In this document: one piece after another, positions 1-9,217 of the stretch
Layout of the letters: each line of letters opens with the position of its first letter
How positions within the stretch are numbered: position 1 is the first letter of the stretch
DNA from: Candidatus Gygaella obscura
Lineage (GTDB): Bacteria; Omnitrophota; Gorgyraeia; Gygaellales; Gygaellaceae
Length of the DNA stretch: 64,000 nucleotides
Direction of reading: 5' to 3'
Assembly (NCBI GenBank): GCA_030765485.1
Contig: JAVCCR010000012.1
Span: forward strand, 43,679-107,678
Program-made: the position numbers and the translations under genes
The notes under the pieces: model-generated
The model's database searches: none
Seen by the model: only the letters and a program-made list of their open reading frames with translations
Told to the model about the DNA's origin: nothing

Positions 1-284
1 AAAAGCCTTTCTGTTGCCCGATTGAAAAATTCATTTACTAAATTATTATGGTCGCCTCTATCTACTAAAAAGCTAAACCGCTGCAGGGCGTTATCATAAG
101 AAAGCATTCTCAAATGAAGCGGGTGAAACTTTTCATAATCATACTGACTATTTAAACTTTCTGTGTAGCCGCTTAAATTAAGCTGCCTTAAATTTTGAGC
201 AAAACCGACTTGCTCAAAAACAAACAAGATACACACAAAAACAGCAAGTGCCTTTTTGATAAATTTAATCATCTTTAACCTGGT
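1..284 (-). CDS. Partial CDS (5' part only; runs off window start) for a hypothetical secreted protein. Reverse-complement of 282-284 is ATG, then MIKFIKKALAVFVCILFVFEQVGFAQ..., a signal-peptide-like N-terminus.
   Basis: Own translation of minus strand from 284 downward. Open to position 1. N-terminal hydrophobic stretch followed by AQ cleavage-like site. Confidence 0.35.
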
Positions 285-391
285 TTTTACTTAATAAAGT
301 TTATCAGCCCTCTAAGGAAAGTATCGTATATAGGTATAGTATATACAATATAAAAAGGGCGTTTTAAGAAACCGTTTTCTTTTAAAAATGC

Positions 392-1060
392 TTACTTATG
401 AGTGGATCTAAACACAAGGGTAAACTCTCCCCTGGGTTTAGTGTTTTGGAAGTGTTCGATTAGAGAAGAAGCGTCCTTTCTTAAAACCTCTTCGAACTTT
501 TTGGTCATTTCTCTGCAACATACGAGATGAATATCCCCGAGAGACTCTTTTATATTTTTCAGAATCCTTAAGATACGATGACAGGATTCATATACCACTA
601 CTGTATGACCGGTTTGATAAAACTGGATTAATTTCTTTTTCTGCGGCCCTTCTTTTTTAGGCAGGAACCCCGCAAAAAGAATCTTATCTGTCGGCAGACC
701 CGATAAAACCGCAGCCGTTACAAAGGCGCAGGCGCCTGGTAAAACAGTAACCTCAATTCCTTCTTTAACTGCAAGACTAACCAAATGAATTCCAGGATCG
801 CTTATTCCAGGAGTCCCTGCTTCGCTAAGAAGCGCTATGTCTTTATTTTCTTTTAGTGCCTTAATTAAAACCGCTTCTTTCTTTAAACGATTGTGCTGAA
901 AATAGCTTGTTGTGGGTTTATCAATTCCATAAGCATCGAGCAGAATCCTAGACTTTCGCGTATCTTCACAGGCAATCAAATCACAATTTTTAAGACACTC
1001 CACGGCCCTAAAAGTAAAGTCTTTAAGATTTCCTATGGGGGTTGCTATTATATAAAGCAT
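392..1060 (-). CDS. rsmI: 16S rRNA (cytidine1402-2'-O)-methyltransferase RsmI (tetrapyrrole-methylase fold)
   Basis: N-terminus MLYIIATPIGNLKDFTFRAVECL...DLIACEDTR is the characteristic RsmI signature. Length 222 aa. Confidence 0.85.
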   Translation of the reverse strand: MLYIIATPIGNLKDFTFRAVECLKNCDLIACEDTRKSRILLDAYGIDKPTTSYFQHNRLKKEAVLIKALKENKDIALLSEAGTPGISDPGIHLVSLAVKEGIEVTVLPGACAFVTAAVLSGLPTDKILFAGFLPKKEGPQKKKLIQFYQTGHTVVVYESCHRILRILKNIKESLGDIHLVCCREMTKKFEEVLRKDASSLIEHFQNTKPRGEFTLVFRSTHK

Positions 1061-2892
1061 TACTCTACCGTAACGGATTTGGCAAGGTTTCTTGGCTGAT
1101 CAACATCACACCCGCGTTTAACAGCGATACCATAAGCTAAGATTTGCAAAGGCAGCGCAACAAGAAGAGGAGAAAAGATTTCTTCTGTCTGTGGAATAGA
1201 AATTATCTCCTTAGTAAAAGATTTTAACACTTCGTTGATTTCATTGGAGATAATAATAATTTTTGCTTTTCTGGCATTGATTTCCTGAATATTGGAAATC
1301 ATCTTTTCATATACAAAAGATTTTGTAGCCACACAAACAACTGCTCTGTATTCATCAATTAAAGCAATCGGTCCGTGTTTCATTTCTCCTGCAGCATAAC
1401 CTTCTGCAGGAATATAGGAAATTTCTTTCAACTTCAAAGCCCCTTCCAAAGCCGAAGGATAATTTATGTTACGACCTAAATATAAAAATGAACCGAAGTG
1501 TGAATGCCTTTTTGCCAGCCTGAGTATGCTGTTTTGGTTTTTAAGAATCTCGCTCAGCAACTGGGGAATAACCAATAGTTTTTTCAACAGGATGTCTCTA
1601 GAGGGCTTTAAGGTAATATTTTTAATCTGTGCCAAATAAAGCATAAACAAAGCAAGTGTTGCGATTTGAGCTGTGTAGGCCTTAGTAGAAGCTACGCTTA
1701 TCTCTGGTCCGGCATGGGTATATATAACTGCGTCTGACTCTCTGGCTAGGGAGCTGCCTAAAACATTACAGATCGATAACACCTTCACCCCTTCTTGCTT
1801 TATTCTTTTTACAGCAGCCAGGGTATCGGCAGTTTCCCCTGATTGACTAATGGCTACAAGAATTGCATTTTTTTTAGGAATAAAACGCGAATATCTTAAT
1901 TCACTTGAGTAGGCTACATTTACATTGATGCCGCATGATGATTCTATCATATACTTACCTACCAGCCCGGCATGAAAAGCAGTGCCGCAGGCGACAATGG
2001 TAATATTTTCAATTTCACGCAAAAAATCTTCCTTAAGAACCATTTCCTCGAAAAATACCTGGTTGTTTTTTAAACGCTGATGAAACATATTCTGAAGAAT
2101 TTCCGGCTGTTCGTTTATTTCTTTCAGCATAAAATGGCTAAAGCCTTTTTTCTGTGCCTGTTCAAAATCCCATTTTACCAAAGTCGATTTTCTTTCTATT
2201 TTTTTCCCGGAAAAATCATACAACAAAACTTCATCTTTGGTTAAAACAGCTATTTCCTCTTCGTTTAAATACATAACGTCTTTTGTGTACTTCAAGAATG
2301 CGGGTATATCTGAAGCAAGAAAATTCTCTTCCCTACCAATACCTACAACTAAAGGAGAGTTTTTCCTGGCTCCGATTATCTTACCCGGCTCCCTTGAAGA
2401 CATAACGCAAATAGCAAACGAACCCTCTAAAATATTAACTGTTTTTATAACTGCTTCCAAAAGATCTTTATCTTTATAATTCCTGGCAATCAAATAAGGA
2501 ATAATCTCCGTATCTGTGCTACTTTTAAAATGGTGCCCTTGTTTTATAAGCTCTTTTTTTAACTCCTGATAATTTTCAATTATGCCGTTATGCACAACAG
2601 CTATCTCAGACTTAGCATCGCAGTGCGGATGAGCATTAATCTGATTGGGTGCTCCATGGGTAGCCCATCTAACATGACCAATAGCCACCTGGCCCAACAA
2701 AGGTTTTTTCTTCAAAAGCTTTTCCAGTTCCGCTACCTTTAAAGGAAGTTTTCTTATAGAAAGCGCTTTTTTTACAGGAACAATAGAGGCCATACCACAA
2801 GAATCATAGCCTCTGTATTCTAAAAGCTTCAAACCATTGAGCACTACCTCTGAAGCCTGTCTTTTCCCTATATATCCTATTATTCCACACAT
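1060..2892 (-). CDS. glmS: Glutamine--fructose-6-phosphate aminotransferase GlmS. True start is probably the Met of MCGIIGY at 2892; the ORF extends to 2931.
   Basis: MCGIIGYIG N-terminal nucleophile Cys motif, two SIS domains, C-terminal ...VDQPRNLAKSVTVE typical of GlmS. Confidence 0.95.
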   Translation of the reverse strand: MCGIIGYIGKRQASEVVLNGLKLLEYRGYDSCGMASIVPVKKALSIRKLPLKVAELEKLLKKKPLLGQVAIGHVRWATHGAPNQINAHPHCDAKSEIAVVHNGIIENYQELKKELIKQGHHFKSSTDTEIIPYLIARNYKDKDLLEAVIKTVNILEGSFAICVMSSREPGKIIGARKNSPLVVGIGREENFLASDIPAFLKYTKDVMYLNEEEIAVLTKDEVLLYDFSGKKIERKSTLVKWDFEQAQKKGFSHFMLKEINEQPEILQNMFHQRLKNNQVFFEEMVLKEDFLREIENITIVACGTAFHAGLVGKYMIESSCGINVNVAYSSELRYSRFIPKKNAILVAISQSGETADTLAAVKRIKQEGVKVLSICNVLGSSLARESDAVIYTHAGPEISVASTKAYTAQIATLALFMLYLAQIKNITLKPSRDILLKKLLVIPQLLSEILKNQNSILRLAKRHSHFGSFLYLGRNINYPSALEGALKLKEISYIPAEGYAAGEMKHGPIALIDEYRAVVCVATKSFVYEKMISNIQEINARKAKIIIISNEINEVLKSFTKEIISIPQTEEIFSPLLVALPLQILAYGIAVKRGCDVDQPRNLAKSVTVE

Positions 2893-2940
2893 AGTTATTA
2901 ATATTTTTGCATACAAACAAACTAATGTCAAGAAGCCCGG

Positions 2941-4047
2941 TTAAACGCTCTCAAACAAAATGCAAGCAGCATCTTCGGCAAAAAAATCTCCTGTTTGAGC
3001 ATAAATCTTAGCTCGGCACCCCCCGCAAATACGGCTAAACTTACAATTTAAACATTTGCCCTTAAGGTTATTCCTGTTACGCAACGCCTTAAGATGCTTA
3101 TTATTTTTATAGATATCGACTATACTATCTTTTTTAATATTCAAATCGGGCAAAACAAAAGGGAAAAAAGGGCAAGGCCTAACGGATCCGTCAGAATTTA
3201 CATAAACGCTATTACCATCCAAGACGCCGCAGCCGCCTTTAGTATAAGAAATTAATCTTTTCAATAACCCTGGTTTTTCCTTCTTAAAAGAATAAACATT
3301 ATAATAAATTTTATCTATTGTAAAGAATTTAATCCTATCTCTATAAATATGGGCCAGATCATAGATATTTTCAATAATCTTTAGTTTTTCTTGTGGAGAA
3401 AATGATTGAGCAGAATTCATTTTCCTTTCCCTCCCGCAGGGAATAGCAAAATCCGCAGTCCAAAAACTCACCTTCTTCTCAATCAGTAGCCTTAAGGTAT
3501 TTTCTATATCCTGTGTATTGTTTTTATGAAGCGTGATCTTGACCAAAACTGGTAACCCTGTTGCTACTGCACAATCTATCCCTTTTAAGATTTTCTCAAA
3601 ACTACCATTTCCTCTAGTGAAAGAATTTATTGCCTCATTTGATCCATCTAAAGAAATAGAAAACAAACTCAAACCATTATCTTTAAGCTCCCCGGCCATA
3701 TTACTATCAAGTAAGGTTGCATTGGTTAAAATATTGGTCATCATACCGTTTTCTGCACCAAACTTAACGACTTCCCTTATCTCTTTACGCAACAATGGCT
3801 CTCCGCCAATAATATTAAATATCGTAACCCCTAATTTCTTAAAGTCCTTAATCAGAACTTTTATCTGCTCCATACTTAATTCATTTTCTAAAGAAACACC
3901 CGCATCGCTTGAACAATATACACAATCCATATTGCACTTTTGCGTAGCTTCTAAGAATGCAACCATGGGAGCTTTCTTAAATTTAAGCTTGTGTCTTACT
4001 ATCAAGAACGGTATTTTAAGCTGTATTTTCTTTCTGCTTTGGCTCAT
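2941..4047 (-). CDS. Radical SAM enzyme with C-terminal SPASM-like Cys-rich domain (NirJ/AhbC/AhbD-like or peptide-maturase-like), paralog 1
   Basis: CNMDCVYC (CX3CX2C) near N-terminus. C-terminal CPFFPF...CLNCKFSRICGGCRAKIYAQTGDF...ACILF auxiliary-cluster motif. A possible later start at MVAFLEA (3966) would remove the overlap with the upstream gene. Confidence 0.8.
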   Translation of the reverse strand: MSQSRKKIQLKIPFLIVRHKLKFKKAPMVAFLEATQKCNMDCVYCSSDAGVSLENELSMEQIKVLIKDFKKLGVTIFNIIGGEPLLRKEIREVVKFGAENGMMTNILTNATLLDSNMAGELKDNGLSLFSISLDGSNEAINSFTRGNGSFEKILKGIDCAVATGLPVLVKITLHKNNTQDIENTLRLLIEKKVSFWTADFAIPCGRERKMNSAQSFSPQEKLKIIENIYDLAHIYRDRIKFFTIDKIYYNVYSFKKEKPGLLKRLISYTKGGCGVLDGNSVYVNSDGSVRPCPFFPFVLPDLNIKKDSIVDIYKNNKHLKALRNRNNLKGKCLNCKFSRICGGCRAKIYAQTGDFFAEDAACILFESV

Positions 4048-4843
4048 TTATATCAAGAATAGTTTTTAAAACTCTTACCGGCAGGAGGCGTAATAAATAT
4101 TTATAGAAAGGGGCACTGGCGCTCATACAAAATTCACAACTCCCAGAACCATTACAAAGATTATTGTACAAAAAGAATTTGTGTCTAAAGGGAACTTTGG
4201 TTTTAAGCATAATTTTGCCGTGTGCTTCGCATAACCTACAAAACGCTTCGCCTTCACTTTTATAACCTAAATTACTAAAAACCCCGTAAACAGGACAATT
4301 TAAAAATATAAGCCTGATCTCTGCACCTTTTTTGTTTAACTTTATGAAGTGGTCACCAAGCATATAACGAATACTGACTTTGCTTTTTGTTCCCTTGCCC
4401 AGGCTCGACTCTGTAACCTCTTTCAGACGTTGAGCAAAATCTTCTTTTATCTCCTCAGCTGCCTGCTTTAAAGCCTTAACTCCTAAACATCCGGAAATTG
4501 CCCTAAATAAAAGTGCGGTCCTAACTGTTTCCCTATGTTCAGACAACCTGCAACAAAGACACTGTTTTGCTTCTTCGTCTAGATCAATACCAGTTAAAAT
4601 ATCATCTGCGTCCTTTTTAAAAATATCACTCAATCTATCAAGCTCTTTTTCATCAACTGCAAGCTCTCTTTCTAAAGTCTTAAATCTCTCTAAAAATAAA
4701 TCTTGGGCGATTTTCATCTTGACAGCCATCTTATCCCAATAAGACATGTAGAAAGACAACTGCTTTTTCTGTCTTAAGACATAGAACCACTTGTGACATT
4801 GAAAATAGTCAAAGTATGTATTGACCGCTTTATTTCTTTCCAT
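4016..4843 (-). CDS. Cys-rich hypothetical protein (275 aa) inside the nitrogenase-like/radical-SAM operon; possible Fe-S or Zn-binding accessory protein
   Basis: Motifs QCLCCRLSEH, CRLCEAHG, CNGSGSCEFC. Co-directional and overlapping its neighbours. No recognisable family from sequence alone. Confidence 0.45.
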   Translation of the reverse strand: MERNKAVNTYFDYFQCHKWFYVLRQKKQLSFYMSYWDKMAVKMKIAQDLFLERFKTLERELAVDEKELDRLSDIFKKDADDILTGIDLDEEAKQCLCCRLSEHRETVRTALLFRAISGCLGVKALKQAAEEIKEDFAQRLKEVTESSLGKGTKSKVSIRYMLGDHFIKLNKKGAEIRLIFLNCPVYGVFSNLGYKSEGEAFCRLCEAHGKIMLKTKVPFRHKFFLYNNLCNGSGSCEFCMSASAPFYKYLLRLLPVRVLKTILDINEPKQKENTA

Positions 4844-4846
4844 ATG

Positions 4847-5089
4847 TTAAAAAAGATATACGTAAATAAGATTGACAGCAGTATAAAAAAATACCCAAAA
4901 CCAAACACCGGCTTTATAAATTTCTTTCGCATATAAAGCTTTAATAAAAGCAAATACTGCGATTAAAATAACAATCGGCACCATAAAATAAAACTTCCTG
5001 CTAGTCCATAGATGGCAGAAATCATGCCATAATAAAACAGCCATAAAAAGCACAATCTTTAATAACCATATTTTCACTCTTGCTAACAT
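4847..5089 (-). CDS. Small hydrophobic membrane protein (80 aa, 2-3 predicted TM helices)
   Basis: Highly hydrophobic translation (LLKIVLFMAVLLW..., IVILIAVFAFIKAL...). Overlaps next gene by 7 nt, so the two could be a single frameshifted membrane protein. Confidence 0.4.
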   Translation of the reverse strand: MLARVKIWLLKIVLFMAVLLWHDFCHLWTSRKFYFMVPIVILIAVFAFIKALYAKEIYKAGVWFWVFFYTAVNLIYVYLF

Positions 5090-5352
5090 AATTTTATCTG
5101 CATACCAAACCAGAAGTGTGCGGTTTTAAAAAGTAAAATAGTCGCCGTTGCAGAACAAAATGCCCAAAAGGTAATTTCAAAAAACTTTTTTGCTAAGAAT
5201 AACTTGTAGAAAAAAAACACCAATAATAGAATATGCGCTATTGCTACCCAGTGCAAATTATTTAAAATCCAATAATAACTAAAAACATAAAAAATTAATA
5301 TCGAAACTAAAATAATAGTCTTTTTTAATAGTAACTTACTTTTTTCTTTCAT
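5083..5352 (-). CDS. Small hydrophobic membrane protein (89 aa)
   Basis: Hydrophobic segments (IILVSILIFYVFSYYWIL, VAIAHILLLVFFFYKLF). 4-nt overlap with the upstream radical SAM gene suggests translational coupling. Confidence 0.4.
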   Translation of the reverse strand: MKEKSKLLLKKTIILVSILIFYVFSYYWILNNLHWVAIAHILLLVFFFYKLFLAKKFFEITFWAFCSATATILLFKTAHFWFGMQIKLC

Positions 5353-6461
5353 CGTTTTTTAAAAAATGGGCAATTTTGTTCTTGTGCAAAGAAATCTCCT
5401 GTATTAATAAAAATCCTGGCGCGGCAACCACCGCAGCAAAAAAGAAACTTACAATCTCTACACTCACCTTTTAAGGCATGCTTATTGCGCAAACTGAGAA
5501 GCTGCTCGTTATTACAAAAAACTTCCCCTATATTATGTGTTTTAACATTAACACCTCTTAAGCTATCGGGAAAATATGCGCAAGGCTTAATTGTACCGTC
5601 ACTATTAATATAAAGCGTGAGCGCGTTAAGGATGCCACAGCCTTTTCTTATCCAAATAAATATTTTTCTAAAAATCCCAGCCTTCTTGCTCCATAACAGA
5701 TAAGCAAAATAAAGCTGGGGATCATGGATATATATTTTTATCCTACGTTTAAACTTATTTTCTATTATATAGATTTTTTCCATTAATGCCAGAATTTCAT
5801 TTTTTTCTTTTATTGCATGAGATGGATAAATAACTTTTGCCTGCCCACAGGGCACTAAAAAAATCGGGGACCACTGCTTTATATTTTCTCTTATTAACAA
5901 TTCAATTATTTCCTCGAGATTGTCCTTGTTCTGCCTTGTAACGGTTGTTGTAACGCAGACAGAAACCTTAGCACTTACAGCAGCTCTTAGACCCTGTATA
6001 GTTTTCTCAAAAGCACCTTCCCCCCGGAAATAATCATGTTGCTTGGCCGTAGCACCATCTAAAGAAATATGAATATAATCCAAGCCACAATTTTTTAATC
6101 TATAGGCTTTGTCTTTTGTCAAAAGCGTAGCGTTTGTCGCTAAGGCAGTAATAAAACCTAAACCGACAGCGTCTTTTACTACATTATATATATCGTTTCT
6201 TAAAAGTGGTTCGCCGCCAGTTAAAACCAAAAAGATGCTACCAATGCTCCTTAAACCCTTCAGCGTCTTTACAATCTCTTGTCTATTTAGTTCTAAAAAA
6301 GAATTAGAACTGTTTTTCGCAAAGCATTGAATACAATCCAAATTGCACTTTTTCGTAAGTTGCAAACCAACTTTAACAGGGCCTTTTTTAAAACCAAAGA
6401 CCTTCTTAAGCATAAAAATACCGATCTTAAAATGTATTTTATTAATACTTACTTCGGACAT
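5349..6461 (-). CDS. Radical SAM enzyme with SPASM-like C-terminal domain, paralog 2. ORF extends to 6524; start at 6461 (MSEV...) avoids overlap with the upstream gene.
   Basis: CNLDCIQC CX3CX2C motif. C-terminal CRDCKFLFCCGGCRARIFINTGDFFAQEQNCPFF. Confidence 0.8.
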   Translation of the reverse strand: MSEVSINKIHFKIGIFMLKKVFGFKKGPVKVGLQLTKKCNLDCIQCFAKNSSNSFLELNRQEIVKTLKGLRSIGSIFLVLTGGEPLLRNDIYNVVKDAVGLGFITALATNATLLTKDKAYRLKNCGLDYIHISLDGATAKQHDYFRGEGAFEKTIQGLRAAVSAKVSVCVTTTVTRQNKDNLEEIIELLIRENIKQWSPIFLVPCGQAKVIYPSHAIKEKNEILALMEKIYIIENKFKRRIKIYIHDPQLYFAYLLWSKKAGIFRKIFIWIRKGCGILNALTLYINSDGTIKPCAYFPDSLRGVNVKTHNIGEVFCNNEQLLSLRNKHALKGECRDCKFLFCCGGCRARIFINTGDFFAQEQNCPFFKKR

Positions 6462-6465
6462 AGGT

Positions 6466-7980
6466 TTATTTTGCCAACTCAATAAATATTTTTTTGATGT
6501 GCTGATTATTTTTGGAATGAGCATCTTTTTCTACAACCTGTTTGATAATATTAATGTCTACCTGGGTACTATTTTTCTTAGCCAGCTCTTCGCATTTAAA
6601 CTTAATTTTTTTTATTGCAACGGTCCTTACAAAATAAGGGATCGTTGCTGCAATCTTACCAAGCGCCTCCTGTGCCAGACTGTCCCAGTGAATAGTAAAA
6701 ACATTTAGTTCCTCAACAGAGGCATCTTTAGCGTCAATAAACAGATTGGAAATTATTTGATTTTCTATCTGTTGAACCAGATTGGCTGAGCCCCGAAAAC
6801 CCATATAAGGCGAGCTCTGGGTAGAAATATACTTCGGCATGGGAATATCCAAATAAACAAAATTTACAATTCCGAGCTCTTTTGCAATAGCAAAATCATA
6901 AAAACTGCCTAAAATAGCTATAGGAGATTTCTCCAAAAAAGTTTTTTTGATTTCTTCCGGACTGGGAGAAAACAAAACACAACCAATCTCTTTTTTTAGT
7001 AGCCGGTGCACATCTTTATCTGCGGTTAATAAAACACTCGTCTCAATCCCCAGCTCGTTTTTAAGAAACCTGCTGATCCCCACAGCATAAGTACTATGAT
7101 TCTGTGCGCTAATTGCTATTTTTGAATCAAAAGCGATAGAAAATACAAAATTGGAATTGACAAGCCTTATACCTTTTTCTAATTCTTCTTGTAGGTATTG
7201 TTTTATCTCTAAGGAAAAATATTCCGCTATTTTTTCAAGCCATAAAGCTGTGTTGCTGAAACCGATTGGCACAGGGTTATCGATATAAGGAATTTTAAAC
7301 AATTTTTTCATCCCTTTGGCAAGTTCTACGCCGCAATCAAAAGGATAAACGCACAAATTCAAACAAGCCCCTGTTGCATTTGCTATCTGATCAATAGTAC
7401 AATCCGCACTTAAAACTGTATTGATTTCAACGCCTATCTGCAAAAGAATACGCCTAAGCTCCTCTATGTCGCTACGCCAATTAAACATACAGCGGGTGGG
7501 ACCGATAATATTTACTGAATGCTTTTTTTTCAAAGCAGCTGGTTTCATCAAATCAATCAAACTAGAAAAAACATAGTCTCTGCCAGCATTTAAGTTCTTG
7601 TCCATATCAGCATTGAGACTTTTTATATTTTTAAAACCGGATTCTTTGATAATTCCCTTTATGTCTTCTTTGGTCATATTGCTAGGCAGCGAGTCCACAA
7701 CAAATAAAAACCGGTAAGACCTGTTCTTTAAAGACGTTAACGCGGCCTTAAGCTGCTCTTCTCCGGAGTAGATTAAGTCTCCTAAAGAAAGATTACTGGT
7801 ATAAAACGCTGCCTCTATCTCATCAAAACTCAACATTGTTTGCATTTGAGAAATATAACAACCTCCTGGAGAATGAAAAACAACAGCAGCATCTTTTATC
7901 CCAGCAAGAGCCCACAGGATGCCCTCTAAAAAAGTTGGTCTATGTATTTTATTCAATTGAAGCTCGTCAAGCTTTAACAT
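6466..7980 (-). CDS. Nitrogenase component-1-like oxidoreductase subunit (NifK/NifN/BchB-like), 504 aa
   Basis: N-terminal VVFHSPGGCY resembles the HGPxGC motif of NifDK/NifEN/BchNB-family proteins. Size matches BchB/ChlB-type subunits. Overlaps its partner gene by 14 nt. Confidence 0.7.
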   Translation of the reverse strand: MLKLDELQLNKIHRPTFLEGILWALAGIKDAAVVFHSPGGCYISQMQTMLSFDEIEAAFYTSNLSLGDLIYSGEEQLKAALTSLKNRSYRFLFVVDSLPSNMTKEDIKGIIKESGFKNIKSLNADMDKNLNAGRDYVFSSLIDLMKPAALKKKHSVNIIGPTRCMFNWRSDIEELRRILLQIGVEINTVLSADCTIDQIANATGACLNLCVYPFDCGVELAKGMKKLFKIPYIDNPVPIGFSNTALWLEKIAEYFSLEIKQYLQEELEKGIRLVNSNFVFSIAFDSKIAISAQNHSTYAVGISRFLKNELGIETSVLLTADKDVHRLLKKEIGCVLFSPSPEEIKKTFLEKSPIAILGSFYDFAIAKELGIVNFVYLDIPMPKYISTQSSPYMGFRGSANLVQQIENQIISNLFIDAKDASVEELNVFTIHWDSLAQEALGKIAATIPYFVRTVAIKKIKFKCEELAKKNSTQVDINIIKQVVEKDAHSKNNQHIKKIFIELAK

Positions 7981-9211
7981 ATCTCAGCTGTAGTTTTTGC
8001 CAATAACTATAGGTCTTATTCTCTAAAACGCTTAAAAAGTTTTCCACAAAATCCACTGCGTAATCATAGCCGTATTCCCCTGAATAAAACATACTGTAAA
8101 AAATCGGCACACCCAAATAGCCCTTCCTGTTAAATTGTATTTCCGTAAAAACCGCATTTATTTTATTTTCCTTTATGACTTGTTCAATCTCCTCGGGTTG
8201 CTCATCCAAAACATTAACCTTATAATTCTGTGTCAAATTAAACATTTCTTTTTCTGCGTATTCGTTTTTTAAATTTGATATAAAAAAAACATTTGCGCCA
8301 AACTCTGACAAAATCTTTGCAATGGAAAACTCATTACCTGGACCGTACAAACATAAAACGTTTGGTTTCCTCTTATGCATTTTTATTTTCAACAATTTTA
8401 CTTTTGCTAAAACTCTTTTTTCTTCCTGTCTAGCTATATTAATAAGCTCCGGGCAACGAATAACGTCTGCTGCGCGTAAAAAAAACCTGCTAGTTGCTCC
8501 TATCCCCGCAGGTATTTCGCTATAATGACACTTTATATCTAGTTGATCCTGAAATGTTCTCGCGGTAGAAAAAGCAACAGGGCTTAAAATAAATGCATTT
8601 TCAAGCGAAGAGATATTTTCCATCTGCTGAAATGTTTTTGCAGGAAAACTAATAAAATCAACCCCGGCCTTATCAAAAACCATCTCTATGGCAGCCAGCG
8701 AATCCGTATCCATTCCGGACCTCCCGATTATACCCACTGCTTTACTTTTTTCCTTTCCAGTCTTAAATTGCTTTACCAGAGCTTGCCATGCTAAATCATT
8801 ACCTTTACTCATGCCAAAAGCAATATTACACCCAGTATCACAATAAGACAACCCACAGGAAATCTTAACTTCTGCTCTTTTTAAAGCACCTTTAACATCG
8901 TCATTATTTAACTGTGTAGAACAAGTATTGAGAACAACTATTGCCTTAGGCTGAAACTTTTGGAAACTTTGTATAATTGTTCTTTCCAGTTTGCTTGCAG
9001 AACCAAAAATAAAATCCTTTGATTCAAGCTGTGTCGAAATCACCATAGGAAAACCTTTACTGTTACATGAAAATGAACCAATCTGCATACAATAAGAGCA
9101 GCTTTTTGTTGAATGCAATACCACCACAACATCCTCAATGCGATTTAAGGTGGCTAAAGCCTGTAACGTTGAACAGGTGTGTTCTAAATTGATTATCGGT
9201 CTTTTTTTCAA
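7967..9211 (-). CDS. Nitrogenase component-1-like oxidoreductase subunit (NifD/NifE/BchN-like), 414 aa
   Basis: HTCSTLQ, VVVLHSTKSCSYC and LNTCSTQ give three Cys at ~13/38/97, a spacing similar to the 3-Cys cluster-ligand pattern of BchN/ChlN and NifE. Too short for FeMoco ligands. Confidence 0.7.
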   Translation of the reverse strand: MKKRPIINLEHTCSTLQALATLNRIEDVVVVLHSTKSCSYCMQIGSFSCNSKGFPMVISTQLESKDFIFGSASKLERTIIQSFQKFQPKAIVVLNTCSTQLNNDDVKGALKRAEVKISCGLSYCDTGCNIAFGMSKGNDLAWQALVKQFKTGKEKSKAVGIIGRSGMDTDSLAAIEMVFDKAGVDFISFPAKTFQQMENISSLENAFILSPVAFSTARTFQDQLDIKCHYSEIPAGIGATSRFFLRAADVIRCPELINIARQEEKRVLAKVKLLKIKMHKRKPNVLCLYGPGNEFSIAKILSEFGANVFFISNLKNEYAEKEMFNLTQNYKVNVLDEQPEEIEQVIKENKINAVFTEIQFNRKGYLGVPIFYSMFYSGEYGYDYAVDFVENFLSVLENKTYSYWQKLQLRYVKA

Positions 9212-9217
9212 TGTCTG

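Noticed and set aside
3533-4069. Plus-strand ORFs (for example 3533-4069, 6343-6708, 12195-12473, 14729-15061, 17062-17538, 36794-37234, 50266-51105, 58624-59052) opposite well-supported genes
   Set aside because: These are shadow ORFs in antisense frames of conserved genes. They have low-complexity or hydrophobic translations, no RBS, and nested overlaps.
4847-5352. The two small hydrophobic ORFs as RiPP precursor peptides for the SPASM radical SAMs
   Set aside because: They are TM-helix-rich throughout, with no leader/core organisation or Cys/Ser/Thr-rich core. A membrane protein is more likely, possibly a single frameshifted one. This is not fully excluded.
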